A stretch of DNA of 63,506 nucleotides, filler included, from Squatina squatina (GCA_031763465.1; 4 parts of 4 records of this genome joined end to end with filler, not necessarily neighbours in it); one strand, 5' to 3'. Numbered from the whole stretch's first letter, positions 12,779-25,574 are shown. Notes: generated by a model not told the origin, from the sequence alone. A program made the numbers and translations.

Positions 12779-15700
12779 AACCTGTGGGTATCAGAGTGCC
12801 TTAAGAGTGTATCGGAATGTATAATTGGGGATATCAAACTGCGGAGTATCAGAGTGTGTAATGAGGGTGTGACAGAGTGTGAAGTGAGCGGGTATCAAAG
12901 CTACATTCAGAAAGGTTCATGTGATCGTGAAGTTGTCCTCGACTCAATGTCCAATCCAATGGTTGATTGCATTGCGGGTGGGTGGAATCTCTGATGCACC
13001 CATTAAGAATAAACTTCGATTCAGGCGTTAGGTTCGAGCAATGTGGATCAGTCGTCACTGTCAACATGTTTCAACTAATATCAGGAGCGCCTGCATACCA
13101 GTTGAGTGCCAATGTTAAAATCATGTGGCAGCATCTGGAATTTCCAGTCTCACTGCTCACACAAGAACTCGGATAAATATGTGAGACATGGTCAAAGAAA
13201 AGGACACATGCTTATGAAGTCAGTTTCTTCCACAAACCGTGTACAACATGCCCTCATTTGACTCTACCAAACCCATTGAAACTCCAAACAGCTACAGCTA
13301 AATCTTTCAGGTATATAGAAATCTTTGCCTAAAGGCAAAATGAAGCTCTGGGATAGTGCTACCCAGAGTACAGTTGAGTGGCCATTTGAAGCCTATCTCT
13401 CTTTCACAGCATGTTGACATGGTCCCATGCTTCCATCAACAAACCAATCCCACTTGGATCTCTCACTCTACTGGTGACTAGCACTCTGACATACCATGGC
13501 CTGTGATATAATGCATCTTTATGGCTCCTTAAATCACAGAGCTATATAAAAGGCCCTCTCTTTGACAAAACCGTTACCTATAATACATATATTGCATGAA
13601 TTTGTGATGAAAGTGTTGCGTAGACAACCTACTGCATTTTAACATTCATGAAAAAAACATTTTTTTCCTCGAATGGGACAGTTTTTACTTTTTAAAAATT
13701 AAATCCAGATGAAATTCTTTTGGGGAAAAAAAACTTTTGCGCATTTATTCAATTAGTCTGTTGTACTGGTTCTTTAAAATGTTTTTCATTCAGGTTTGCG
13801 TTTTCAACTTGTAAGACACAAGACCAACTCTGGATATTAATTTTCATTTTCAAACTCCAGAACTGGTTTGACCAACAGTAAACATAACCTAATAACACGG
13901 AAGCTTATGGTCCCTTGCTGCATTCCTGAAATGATTTTCTCCAATCACTGAACCATCATTCTTCCTTTAAAAGAATTCCCAGTTTTACTGCCATGAACCT
14001 ACTCACTGATGAGTCTGGTTTCAGATTCGGCCACAGGACACATAAATCACCAGTTGTGTGATGCGTGCTGAAAGGTCCCTCACAACCTTTACCAAGAAAT
14101 GACTTTCCCACTGCATAATAGACCAGGCTGTAGAAAGCGCTGCTGTGGAACAGATCAAGAATGGCTGCCGTGTGGTTTGTATTCATGCAGCCAGAGGTGC
14201 ATTGGCAGTGCATCAAACCTGCCAACTCAAGCAAAAGAGCTCCAACCCTTCAGGAATATANNNNNNNNNNNNNNNNNNNNNNNNNNNNNNNNNNNNNNNN
14301 NNNNNNNNNNNNNNNNNNNNNNNNNNNNNNNNNNNNNNNNNNNNNNNNNNNNNNNNNNNNAGGAGAAAAAGCCACCAAGGAAAGAGAGTCTGCAGTGCAA
14401 GAGGTCAGAGTGGATCCATGAGAGAGCAGTGGTACAGAGTTAGGCTGTGGAGGAGAAAGAAACTAGTGGCACAATGGAACGGTGTCATCCACTCCCCAGA
14501 TTTTCAATTCGGTGCAGGTCTCACTCCTAGTGTTCAAACTGAACCACTTCAGCCTCAAGGCAAACTTGAGACCACCTCATTCAACATATGCTTCCCCTGA
14601 TGATATCTTCAGAGACCACTGTGTAAATGGAGCATGGTCTTAAGCAACTTCCTGTGAATGCCAGTGAACTATTTTACACAGCAGGAGTCAATTGTTCAGA
14701 AAATTAGAATGAATGATATACCTATTTTAGCCAACTCTTGGTTACTGAGAGGCCTCCAATGATTTGAATTAGGACATAAATTATCTCGTTAAAACAAATT
14801 AAACGCAGTGGGAGAAGTAAGCCCGTTACTAGGGACAGTCTCTATGCACAACTTGATCAAAAGCAGCACATATNNNNNNNNNNNNNNNNNNNNNNNNNNN
14901 NNNNNNNNNNNNNNNNNNNNNNNNNNNNNNNNNNNNNNNNNNNNNNNNNNNNNNNNNNNNNNNNNNNNNNNNNATTCTTTTGGCACTCACAGAGAAGGCC
15001 CTGTGCCATCCGTGTCTGCTGGCGACAGCTAAGCACAGGCACAGTCATCTATTAATAAATGGGAATCAGATGTCAGTCTGTGCTCAAGGCAGACAGGCAA
15101 AAAAAAACATTGAAGACTTAGCGGGATGGACCCCCCAATCAGGAAAAGTACTGTCCAAGATTCCTGCAGCTCATACTAATGTAATTTGACTGTATTTAAA
15201 TCCTTAAGGCGTAAACTTATGCACGCAAAAGAGAAACAAAAATTTAAGAAGTATGAGTGTGGTGAAATTGTAGCCCTCCTTGCAGTAAGGTTAGTTGAAG
15301 ATTTGACTGAAAGCCCATATATCTGTCTCACTGGGCTGCACAGGGGATGATGGATATCTCCTCATCAATTACAAGCCACTGAGCTAATCCAGGGGTGCAG
15401 GTGATGTCAAAAACAGCAAGAAGTAAGAATCGGATTACTGCCTTACATTCACCCAGAGCGATTTGTTATTGTAGTGAATTCCCTTTGCATTGATTTCTCA
15501 TTGCCACGTTTCTACTTTCTGCTGCGGAACGGTGAGTGATGTGAGACCTACAGGAAACATGGTCTAAACCATGCAGCAGTACAGGGTTATTGCTGGCAGT
15601 GAGTTATAGGAACGTTCCTTTTATGCAGACCAACAGTTGTGTGGGCGAGATGTTACGAGCCAATAACACCAGACTTTCTGCTGATGTGATGAACTGTGAG

Positions 15701-15859
15701 ATCCGAGCTTCAGGCTTGAGCAGTTTCTAGAACTTAAAGATTGTGTTATATGGCAGAANNNNNNNNNNNNNNNNNNNNNNNNNNNNNNNNNNNNNNNNNN
15801 NNNNNNNNNNNNNNNNNNNNNNNNNNNNNNNNNNNNNNNNNNNNNNNNNNNNNNNNNNA

Positions 15860-15940
15860 AGAGCGTTCGCAAACCTTCCTCCCAGGATGTTGGTGCCCTT
15901 CTGGTTCAGATGCAGCCCGTCCTTCTTGTACAAGTAGGCT
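15860..15940 (-). mobile_element. CR1 ORF1 SGNH-esterase fragment
   Basis: LYKKDGLHLNQKGTNILGGRFANA carries the DGLHLN motif of the CR1 ORF1 esterase. Confidence 0.7.
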
Positions 15941-16644
15941 GAAGTTTTGGCTTTTTCCGTCACTGTGATGCCCAAGTTGGGATGCAATAGTAGAGGAAAT
16001 CTGGGCCAATTAGCCCCCAGTCTCACCTGTGATGTTGGGGAAGCACGGAATAGAGGGCAGGGGAAACTTTAAACTGAGACAGGGAAAGTCACCTCAGGCC
16101 ACTCTCACACCGCTCCCAGCAACTAATTTTAGAAAAGATTGCTAGAAGCTTGAAATTAGGTACTTGGCCTGGGATGGTGCATGGGTGATAGAGCTCACCA
16201 GAGGGACAGTGAGAAAAATTATTGAAAATGGGCTGCCCGATGCACCAGTGGATCTACCCAGTGCTAAGCAATACAGACCAGGATGATCCCAGATTCGATA
16301 CCCAATCTGCATAGAATTAGTTAATCTAAGATGGGCAACAATATTAGTGCTACAATTTTTCTCAATTCCCTCAGGTTAGGAAGGAAAACATTGCTCCTAA
16401 TCACTATCCAGCAACCCTGGTATAAGTGTGTGTATGTCTTCATAGGTGAAGACCAGGTTTGGGCTTAACTGTTGCACCCCATGGTGGAACTGTGTCAAGG
16501 CTTACAATCACTTGGATGAGGAACGAGAGGGCAGCTGATGTGAGTGGAACCATGTCCCAGCAAGCAGTCAGCAAAGGGCGGGGGGGGTGTATATTCGTCA
16601 GAACATTAAAAAAAAACCTAACATTCTAATTTAAAATACAATGT

Positions 16645-16817
16645 TACCATTCCTTCATCGTTGTTGGGTCAAAATCCTGGAACTCCCTAACAGCCCTGTG
16701 GAAGTACCTTCACCACACGGACAGCGTTTCAAGAAGACTCATCACCACCTTATCAAGGACAACTAGAGATGGGCAATAAATGCCCTTGCCAGTGACGCCC
16801 ACATCCCCATAATGAAT
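16645..16817 (+). mobile_element. LINE/SINE 3' tail
   Basis: GGGTCAAAATCCTGGAACTCCC...GGGCAATAAATGC...GACGCCCACATCCC; same family as 1210-1705. Confidence 0.65.
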
Positions 16818-17731
16818 TAAACAAATACAAGGGTTTTACTTTCCAATGTCACTACATTCAACGATTGCAGGATTACCAGGCTCCAACAAGAGCAACTCAG
16901 AAATAAGCAGCAAGCAATCCCTTGACTAAATTCAGCAAAGTTCCTCTCATAACATCTCTGAAAGAAAGCAGAGATCTGAATTTGTTCCTGGAGGTACTGA
17001 CGAGCATTCGTTTCAGCAACACAAGTTGCCAGGCAACACAGCTGTAAAAACAGGACGGGCACCCATTTATGTCAACTCAAGCCCCCCCAAAAAAATCCCA
17101 ATTGCACACTTCACATATGGGAGAAAAGCTCCACTGTATCTAGAACAGGGAAACATTCCTCATCACAGCTCATTGTCCCAGGCATACCAGTCACTGAGCA
17201 CATTGTACAACGCTCCAGCCTTGCAATTCCTTAAGAATTAATCTCTGACAATGCATATCATTCCCAGATGAGGCAGTCGAATGTTTTCTATCTTAGAAAG
17301 GCTAAGTATTCACCCATTATGACACTATTCTGAATCAGTCAGATGTTTAGAAGAAGTCAAAGTGCAAGCTTTAGAATTTTTTTTTGCATGAAGGAATGTT
17401 ACATTTTGAAAGTCGTTTGCAAGCTGCATTAACAAACATTGTCTCTATCTCATGCCACTGTCTTTGATAAAGATGCCCTCGCATAGAAGACTAGCCGTAT
17501 TAAAATGAATAGTATCAAAATATCACAATCCAACCAAAAAAGCCTCTCGAACCTTGAAACTCTTCCTCTTTGGGTGGAGTACTGAATAGAGAGCAGGGGG
17601 TTCAGCCAGTGTCCCATCATATCTGGAACAGGAGACCAGTCGAACTCACCAATAAATGACAGGGTTCTGGTTGTGCCAGGTCTTTGCTGTTCCCGGAAAT
17701 TTTAGGTTTCTGGAACGTCTGCCTCCCCTTA

Positions 17732-17831
17732 NNNNNNNNNNNNNNNNNNNNNNNNNNNNNNNNNNNNNNNNNNNNTTAATTAATTAANNNNNNNNNNNNN
17801 NNNNNNNNNNNNNNNNNNNNNNNNNNNNNNN
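17732..17831. other. Artificial scaffold linker N44-TTAATTAATTAA-N44
   Basis: Palindromic 12-mer with stops in all six frames, centred in a 100-nt spacer. Identical at 36054 and 50355. Confidence 0.95.
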
Positions 17832-19849
17832 GGGAGGAAAATCAGAGAGGGGGGAGGTGAAACAAAAGGTGCATTTTTCTTTCATTTTCTTTGAACACTT
17901 TTGGTTATTAGTCATAATAAATATTGCAGATGGGGATGGGGGAGGTCAAGAATCAACCAATCAGGTATCGATTGGTTCGCCCTCCAATGGGCCGTGGAAA
18001 TGCGGGGTGCCGCGAGGATGGACGTGTCAGGTGACCAATGGTGAGAGCGTGGGGTCGGGGGGGAGGGGCCTGATCGGAGGTCATGGGGTGAAACCTCCTG
18101 GAATACATCCACCCAGATTTGACAGCACCATACCAGAGCTAAAGTGAATCCAATAAACACCAATAACATACCACAGACCGAATATTAAAAGGCCTCTTAA
18201 TTAGAAAGTTGACAATTAAACTTGAGTTCGCCCACTGATCAATTAGATCATGGTTTAATTTGGACAAAGTACATGCCAGGGGCAAGGGGCTGATTAACAG
18301 TGCTTCAAATGCAGGCCCAAATCCAATTACAATTGGCAAACACTGCGCATAATTGGAATACAGTTCATGGATTAATTCCTTAATCTGATCTCGAGTGACA
18401 ATCTCGCTCAATCACTGTGCGTCCAAGGCACTGTGGTAGCTATTCAGATCCATAAGTCCCTAATGGATTTTTTATCTCCAATGCATTTTGTTTTTGGTGT
18501 GGAATGAGAGAAATATAGGAAAGCGAAGACTTGATTCAATTCAGTTCTATTCCGGTACAGGAGGCCTAATTGAATTAAAGGCAGATGCAGAGCAAGTAAG
18601 AGATATTAACTGAGTTAACGACAAAATAGGTTTCAGATGCTTGGAGTCTGTGAGAGAATAAAAAAGCTTTATAATTCTTTTTAAGCGCAGTGACATTAGC
18701 TTCTTCTTCATGTCAAGCCTATTCCTACCTTGAAGCATTAATGTTTGTTGTAATTAAAACAATGGACAGGAAAGAATCAATGGAACAACTCTAACATTCC
18801 ATTAGACAACAGACACGCAGTCCCCTGACAGTTAAGTTGGTCTAAACATCTCCTAGTCAAACAGCAAACTGCACAGATCGGAGAGTTACAGGTTCCCTTG
18901 TTGCTCTTTGTCTGCTGCCTGGATCCTAACTCGCACCCAGACCCGTTCACCCATCACCACCTCCCTCCCNNNNNNNNNNNNNNNNNNNNNNNNNNNNNNN
19001 NNNNNNNNNNNNNNNNNNNNNNNNNNNNNNNNNNNNNNNNNNNNNNNNNNNNNNNNNNNNNNNNNNNNNCTGTGCACTCTAACTAGGCCTCTTGTGTCTG
19101 TAAATCTGTCACACTGCAATTATGCACCTCACTCTGGATCTGAACTTGAAGAATGACATCAGGAGCCTGAAATGGAGATAGTTTTAATCCCCAACTCTAA
19201 CATCTTTCACCTTGATGAGAACAAGATTACCAAAAGTACAAAGCGGAGTTTTTTTTTAAACGAACAGAGAAACAGTTTAATGATGAAATCCCCTTTGGAT
19301 ATTCCGACAGGATAATTCCAGATGTTTAAAGCTCCAAAGACAAGCAATCAAACTGATTAAAAGCTAATTTAGATAAACATTCGTTCTAATTAATCTGAAC
19401 AGGTGTCTGCCCTTGGATCTGGGGTGGGGGTGGGAAACATTGCCATTATATTGATGCCAAAGATGTTGTCATGCCTCTGGCAATATCTTAAATCCATCGA
19501 GCTCGGACTAAAAGGTGCAGACAGCGTGAAAAAATAGGTTAGAGCTACAAACAACATCTGTTCTGTACGATAATTCAGTCCGATCATGATACTTTACTCC
19601 ACCAGTGTTACCAACTTTTATATCAAGCCCCACGGTCCCAAACAGGCTTTGCTTGAGGAGCACGGTGAGTAGACAAGGAGGAGGTGCATCTTAAGCGGAA
19701 CAAGACAGCAAAGAGATGAGGAACAGTGGTTATCCATCTGTCCACACATCTCGCTGACCATGTTACTTTTATCTACCTGTACAGCGATCCACCTCAGCAA
19801 TCACTATCCATACGTCTGGCCACCCATCTGCCTACTGGCAGGGAGGAAC

Positions 19850-20085
19850 AGATGAGGAGATCTTTTTCTTTTACGCAGTTGTTGTGATCTGGAATGCACT
19901 GCCTGAAAGGGCGGTGGCAGCAGTAACTTTCTAAAGGGAATGGGATGTGTACATGAAGGGGAAAAATTTGTAAGGCTGCGGGAAAGGTGCAGGGAGAGTG
20001 GGACTAATTGGGCAGCTCTTTCAAAGAACCAGCGCAGTCATGATGGGCCGAGTGGCCTCCTTCTGTCTTTTATTATACTATGATC
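19850..20085 (+). mobile_element. CR1 LINE 3' end
   Basis: TGGAATGCACTGCCTGAAAGGGCGGTGG...GATGGGCCGAGTGGCCTCCTTCTGT tail. Confidence 0.75.
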
Positions 20086-21086
20086 TGATGAACTATCTCT
20101 CTGTCTACCCTTCAAACCATGTCTTGCATTTAAGTTNNNNNNNNNNNNNNNNNNNNNNNNNNNNNNNNNNNNNNNNNNNNNNNNNNNNNNNNNNNNNNNN
20201 NNNNNNNNNNNNNNNNNNNNNNNNNNNNNNNNNNNNGTTGAGGTAAGTGAGAAGGTGGGTAAGTGGGGATTGAGGTACACGGGCTATTGGCTGATCCAAG
20301 AAACACAGACAGGCTTATTGGGCCTATTTGTAGACATCGATTTGCTTTTACAATAAACTGAGATTGGACTCTCGACCCTGCTGCTGCTTCTGCCAGGAAT
20401 TTGAATTGAGATGGTGGAGTCGCATACTGTGAGATCATGCCTTCCAACAGATATATATAGAGTTATGGATGGTGTGGGATTGAGTAATACTCTGTAATTC
20501 AATCAGGGAAGTTCGGGTGACATCACAAACCGCAAGAGCTAAACTGGAGTGGTTTATGGATGTGATCTGAACCTTGTCATTAAATTACAGCCTTTTACTC
20601 TCTCTCAACCATCTCTATATTTTTTTCCTCTAAGATGTACTAAGCTCTCAATAAAATGAAAACAATGTTAACAGCAGTTAAAAGCCAACCCCAAATTACA
20701 TTGAATGAAAAATAAACTGGCCACGTCCCACCCCTCCCCCTTCCTGAAATACTGACCCATCCTGTGGTCTGTGACGGAGGGCAGGGGGGCTGAGAATACT
20801 TCACTGCCTCGCCCATTCTTAACCTGCGAACCTTGTCACTGAGTGTCGGCGTGCTACTTGCCCGAGGGGTGGGGATGGGGGGGCGATTACAGACAAGCCT
20901 GATTTCTGCTCACCCGATGGAAAGAAAATCATGCCTTTCATGACCTCACATTAGAACTAATGAAGTATTTTTTGGAGTATGGTCACNNNNNNNNNNNNNN
21001 NNNNNNNNNNNNNNNNNNNNNNNNNNNNNNNNNNNNNNNNNNNNNNNNNNNNNNNNNNNNNNNNNNNNNNNNNNNNNNNNNNNNNN

Positions 21087-21480
21087 CTCCCAGGACAGGT
21101 ACAGCATGGGTTAGATACAGAGTAAAGCTCCCTCTACACTGTCCCATCAAACACTCCCAGGACTGGTACAGCATGGGTTAGATACAGAGTAAAGCTCCGT
21201 CTACACTGTCACATCAAACACTCCCAGGGCTGGTACAGCACAGGTTAGATACAGAGTAAAGCTCCCTCTACACTGTCCCATCAACCGCTCCCAGGACAGG
21301 TACAGTACAGGTTAGATAAAGTGTAACGCTCCCTCTACATTGCACTATCAAACATCCTCGAGTCAGGTACAACATGAGCAAGATTCAGAGTAAAACTCCC
21401 TCTATACTGTCTCATTAAACACTTTAGGGAAGGTACAGCATGGGTTAGATACAGAGTAAAGCTCTGCCTACATGGTCCCA
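21087..21480 (+). repeat. 67-bp tandem minisatellite, ~6 copies
   Basis: Unit CTCCCAGGACAGGTACAGCATGGGTTAGATACAGAGTAAAGCTCCCTCTACACTGTCCCATCAAACA. Period 67 (starts at 21087 and 21154), decaying rightwards. Confidence 0.92.
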
Positions 21481-22184
21481 CTAAGCATGGTCAGGGAATG
21501 CAGAATTCTATCTATCCTGCCTCAACAATTTGCTTCCACTCAAATTGCAGAAGAGTACCTCCAACTGCACCAGCGTAACATGTCTCCCCTTCCCATACCC
21601 ATCTTGTGTCTTTGAGTGAGATTGCCAACTTAGTGGCAATCGTGCCAAACTATAGGTGGCTTCAACATGCTCACTGCAAACTTCACGGCTGGTCAAACTC
21701 ATTTCACGGCCATTGGTGGAGAGTCACTTGTAAAAAAAAAATTCTCTGTGTACTATTTGGCCCATTTGAGGGAACTAACCCCAGATGTTCAACTGTCCAG
21801 AGCCCTTTCCTTTCCAGCAATGCAATCGGCTCGTCAGATTTGTAGCATCTGTGCAGGCAAAATTGCTCGGTTCATGCTGAGCTACTGATGAAAAGCAGTG
21901 AAGCGTGCTCGTTTTTAGTTGTTTGTGCAGTTCAGGAAGTCTTCCATCTTAAATGTTAATGTAAGACATCAGGCTAAAAGCTTATATTTTGCCTGCAATT
22001 AAAGCACGAGATAGAGGAAGCACCTGCAGCTGGTTCTGTAATTGGAGAACGCCTTTTGTTACATTTTAATTGGATCATACTNNNNNNNNNNTTTATCAGT
22101 CTGCCATATAAGCAGAGCGCCCGCTCCACATAATGTAAAATGTAATGAATCACTTATAAACAGTAGACTTGTGGCTCCTGACTG

Positions 22185-22383
22185 GCCTCCCACCTACCAC
22201 TCTCCATAAACTTGAACTCACCTAAAACTCTGCTGCCTGTGTCCTAACTTGCACCAAGTCTCGTTCACCCTGTGCTCGCTGACCTACGTTGGCTCCTGGT
22301 CCGGTAATGCCTCGATTTTAAAATTCCCATCCTTGTGTTCAAATCCCTCCATGGCATTGCCCCTCCTTATCTCTGTAACCTCC
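22185..22383 (+). mobile_element. L2 LINE 3' fragment
   Basis: AAAACTCTGCTGCC...CACCCTGTGCTCGCTGACCTAC.TTGGCTCC...GATTTTAAAATTC (QNxAA / PVLxxLHWLP / FKI region). Confidence 0.75.
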
Positions 22384-22596
22384 NNNNNNNNNNNNNNNNN
22401 NNNNNNNNNNNNNNNNNNNNNNNNNNNNNNNNNNNNNNNNNNNNNNNNNNNNNNNNNNNNNNNNNNNNNNNNNNNNNNNNNNNGCATTAAAACTAAGTGC
22501 TTGTTCACCCACCTCCGATTCGCACTGCTACAAATATTAATTGCCTCCCAATCCTTTGCAAGTTCAGTGCGGGCAGAGGAAGGGAAAAGGAATCTG

Positions 22597-23198
22597 TTAG
22601 TTGAAGTTTGTTTTCCGTAAATGCCTGTTGGGAATCTCCAGGGCACTGACCTGCAGTGGCCACGAGCCGCCCATGATCCCCGCCTGTATGGCAACACCAA
22701 TCACCACCGCCAGATCGGGATCCACCGAGGTGTTGGGCTCCTTGTCGAAGAACTGGCGGATCACCCGGCGTATCCGCGGGATGCGTGTGGAGCCGCCGAC
22801 CAGCACTATTTCGTCCACCTCGTGTCGGTCCAGGTGACCATGGGACAGCACCTCCTCCACTGGCTCCAGGATCTTCTCAAAGAGGTCTCGGTTCAGCTCC
22901 TCAAAGAGATCCCTGGTCACTGTTTCCTCGAACAAAACTGCGTTAGTGCTGCCGCCGGCACCGTCGTCTCCTTCTCCTCCTCCATCACCGGACCGCCCGG
23001 GGTTCGGCAGGGACAGCGGGACCCGGATCAGCGCCGAGTCAGAGAGGGTCAGGTTCAGCTTGGCCGCTTCCACGGCTTGGCGCAGGTGGTACACGTCCTG
23101 CTTGTGGGAAGGCAGAGTTCCGTACCGCTGGTGTATCTGGTTAAGCAGGAACTGCAGCAACCGCTGGTTGAAGTCCTGGCCACCTAGCTGGTTATTTC
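22597..23198 (-). CDS. HSPA13: Heat shock 70 kDa protein 13 (STCH), last coding exon
   Basis: GNNQLGGQDFNQRLLQ...EIVLVGGSTRIPRIR...PNTSVDPDLAVV.GVAIQAG..GGSWPLQVSALEIPNRHLRKTNFN*, the C-terminus specific to HSPA13. ctcag| acceptor at 23199-23200. Confidence 0.96.
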
Positions 23199-23239
23199 CT
23201 GAGCAAATAAATCAATTCAGACAGTCATAACTTGGATGG

Positions 23240-23350
23240 ATTAGAATCCTACAACAGAGGGGGAGGCTATTTGTGTATGTGCCAGCTCTCTGAAAGAGCT
23301 ATCCAATAAGTCCTACTTCCCCCTTGCTCTTTCCCCACTGCCCTACAAAT
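23240..23350 (-). mobile_element. CR1 3' tail
   Basis: Reverse complement of the CR1 tail (TAGAATC.TACAACAGAGGGGGAGGCTATT...GAAAGAGCTATCCAAT). Confidence 0.6.
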
Positions 23351-23360
23351 TTAAAAGGAA

Positions 23361-23551
23361 CTTTACTCTGTATCCAACCCGTGTTGTACCTGCTCTGGGA
23401 GTGTTTGATGGGACAGTGTAGAGGGAGCTTTACTCTGTATCCAACCCGTGCTGTACCTGCTCTGGGAGTGTTTGATGGGACAGTGTAGAGGGAGCTTTAC
23501 TCTGTATCTAACCCGTGCTGTACCTGCTCTGGGAGTGTTTGATGGGACAGT
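23361..23551 (-). repeat. 67-bp tandem minisatellite, ~3 copies, truncated by a gap
   Basis: Reverse complement of the 21087 unit (CTTTACTCTGTATCCAACCCGTGCTGTACCTGCTCTGGGAGTGTTTGATGGGACAGTGTAGAGGGAG). Confidence 0.92.
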
Positions 23552-23651
23552 NNNNNNNNNNNNNNNNNNNNNNNNNNNNNNNNNNNNNNNNNNNNNNNNN
23601 NNNNNNNNNNNNNNNNNNNNNNNNNNNNNNNNNNNNNNNNNNNNNNNNNNN

Positions 23652-23740
23652 TGACCTGAAAGGTTAGCTCTGTTTCTCTCTCCACAGGCACTACCTGACC
23701 TGCTGAATGTTTCCAACATTTTCAGTTTTCATTTCAAGTT
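23652..23740 (+). mobile_element. Penelope-like element terminal repeat remnant
   Basis: GACCTGAAAGGTTAGCTCTGTTTCTCTCTCCACAG...CCTGACCTGCTGA.TGTTTCCA.CATTTTC; related copy at 36154-36270. Confidence 0.55.
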
Positions 23741-24032
23741 CCCCCCTCATTGTTGGGGCGGTGTAACTTCTAACATTTGACTACTACCTGCCTCTGAAAG
23801 GCTACATCCTCCGAATTGCACTTCAGTCAACTTACTGGACGAGCTTTGGCCACTGTTGAGACTATAAAGACTCTCCATAGACTTGCAGGTTGTCAGGGAA
23901 CCTCCCTCTGCTTCATGCTCTCCTATGGCTTGGCTTGAGGGGTCTTCTGCATTGGCCTCGCACTGAAAGACACAAGTTTTCTCTTTTAAACCTTGAACAA
24001 TTGTGACTGTCACTGATTCCCTCCCAGAGCCA

Positions 24033-24478
24033 ATTAGTTTACCAGGATGTCACCAGGGATGGGAGACTTCAGTGATGAGGTGAGTTTGGAAATGTTAGGA
24101 CTGTTCTTCTTGGAGCAGAGAAGGCAAAGAGGTGACCCAATGGAGGTTTTCATGATGATGAGGGATTTTGATAGAGTAGAGAGGGAAAAACTATTCCCTC
24201 TGGTGAGTGGGTCAATAACCAGAGGTCGGAGATTCAAAATCTAGAAAAAGATCTAGAGGGGAGATGAGGAGAAATGTTTTCACTCAGAGAGTTATCGGGA
24301 TCTGGAAGGCTCGACCTCAAATTCCATGCTGATTCCACGAATAGTTTTAAAAGGGAGTTGGACAGGTATGTAAGGATGAGGAACTTACAGGGTTATGTGG
24401 AGTTGTGGGACCGAGCCAACACGGGCCCGATGGGCCAAATGGCCTCCTTCTGTGCTGTAATTTTCTATGATTCTTCGT
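24033..24478 (+). mobile_element. CR1 LINE 3' end
   Basis: LGLFFLEQRRQRGDPMEVF (LGLFSLExRRLRGDLIEV motif) plus the TTCTATGA tail. Confidence 0.85.
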
Positions 24479-25574
24479 AACAAATCCTGAAAGGTACGTG
24501 TAAATTGTTCCGGCGATTGTGACATCACTTGCTGTGCCATTTAGGACACAAGAATATGACTCCTGTGCTGCCGGACGAGCTAGTCACCGGGCCGTGAACA
24601 GAAGTGGGAACCCTGGCTGATTCTAGCTCTCGATAGCACAGTGAAACCGAAGCGTCTCAACCAACACCCCCAGTTCACTCAACACTGTCGAGGCTGAGAC
24701 CTTCCGGCTCCCCAGCACCTGGTGTAGTACCCATTGAGACACCAAGGGGGCACCAAAGAGATCTTCAAGAAGGTGGTGCCCCTTTAAATAGAGTCCCCAA
24801 CACTTATAGCGGGCATGCTCGGCCAGAACGCCATTTGCCCGCTATACGCGATGAGCGCTGTAACCAAGGCTTCTACCACAGTGCATCCTCTACCAATGAA
24901 AAGAATAAAGCACCAATGGATATTGCAACAGGTAAATCTGTATGGCAAAGCTTTGCATAAAATGTGCAAATTAATGAACTTGTGCGAAAACGCTGGGGCC
25001 AGGATCCTCAAGCCCATACGAACACTTGATCAGAAGTCGAAAGGATTGAGGAATACTGCATGTTAAACTCACTGCTGTCATGTCATTCCATTGTTTCCCT
25101 GGGGCAGAGCAACGATATGAATTTCCCAGCTTGTCAGACGGTCGAGCTTTCTCCCCTCTCTTCTTTGAAAGTAATTGAAAGTAATTTTGCTTCAGGGCCG
25201 GGGTCCTGGAACTGGAGGACAACACAGCGCAGGACAACAAAAAGGTAAGCAGTTCCGCTTACAGTCGGACGGTGAGCTAAACTTTAAACTTGAATATCAA
25301 ACCTGATTGTAAAAAGAGAGCCTATAATTTGTGAGGGGAACTAGAGAATAACTGGGCTGATAAAGAAAGAGATTGTGGGAACAGTTGCTTCAACCACTCA
25401 AAATAGTCGGCACGCTTAATACAATTTAAACTCCACCTGAATAATTGACGCCTATGGCAATGGCAAATGGTTCGCCCCATTTGCCCAACATAGGCGGCTG
25501 GCCGGGATAAGTGGGGATGTTGTAAGTGGTGGGGACTGTAGTAAGTTAGGAAACACAGTAAGTGGTGCAGATGG

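Noticed and set aside
17776-17787. TTAATTAATTAA as piggyBac TSD or homeodomain site
   Set aside because: Always centred between exactly 44 Ns on each side; it is a synthetic linker.
21087-21480. CRISPR-like array
   Set aside because: Units are head-to-tail with no unique spacers, no cas genes are present, and the context is vertebrate.
22601-23230. Plus-strand ORFs overlapping HSPA13
   Set aside because: Antisense shadows of a GC3-rich exon; no recognisable protein.
25195-25243. Plus-strand micro-exon with AG/GTAAGC borders
   Set aside because: Opposite strand to the flanking genes and no recognisable peptide; could be chance.
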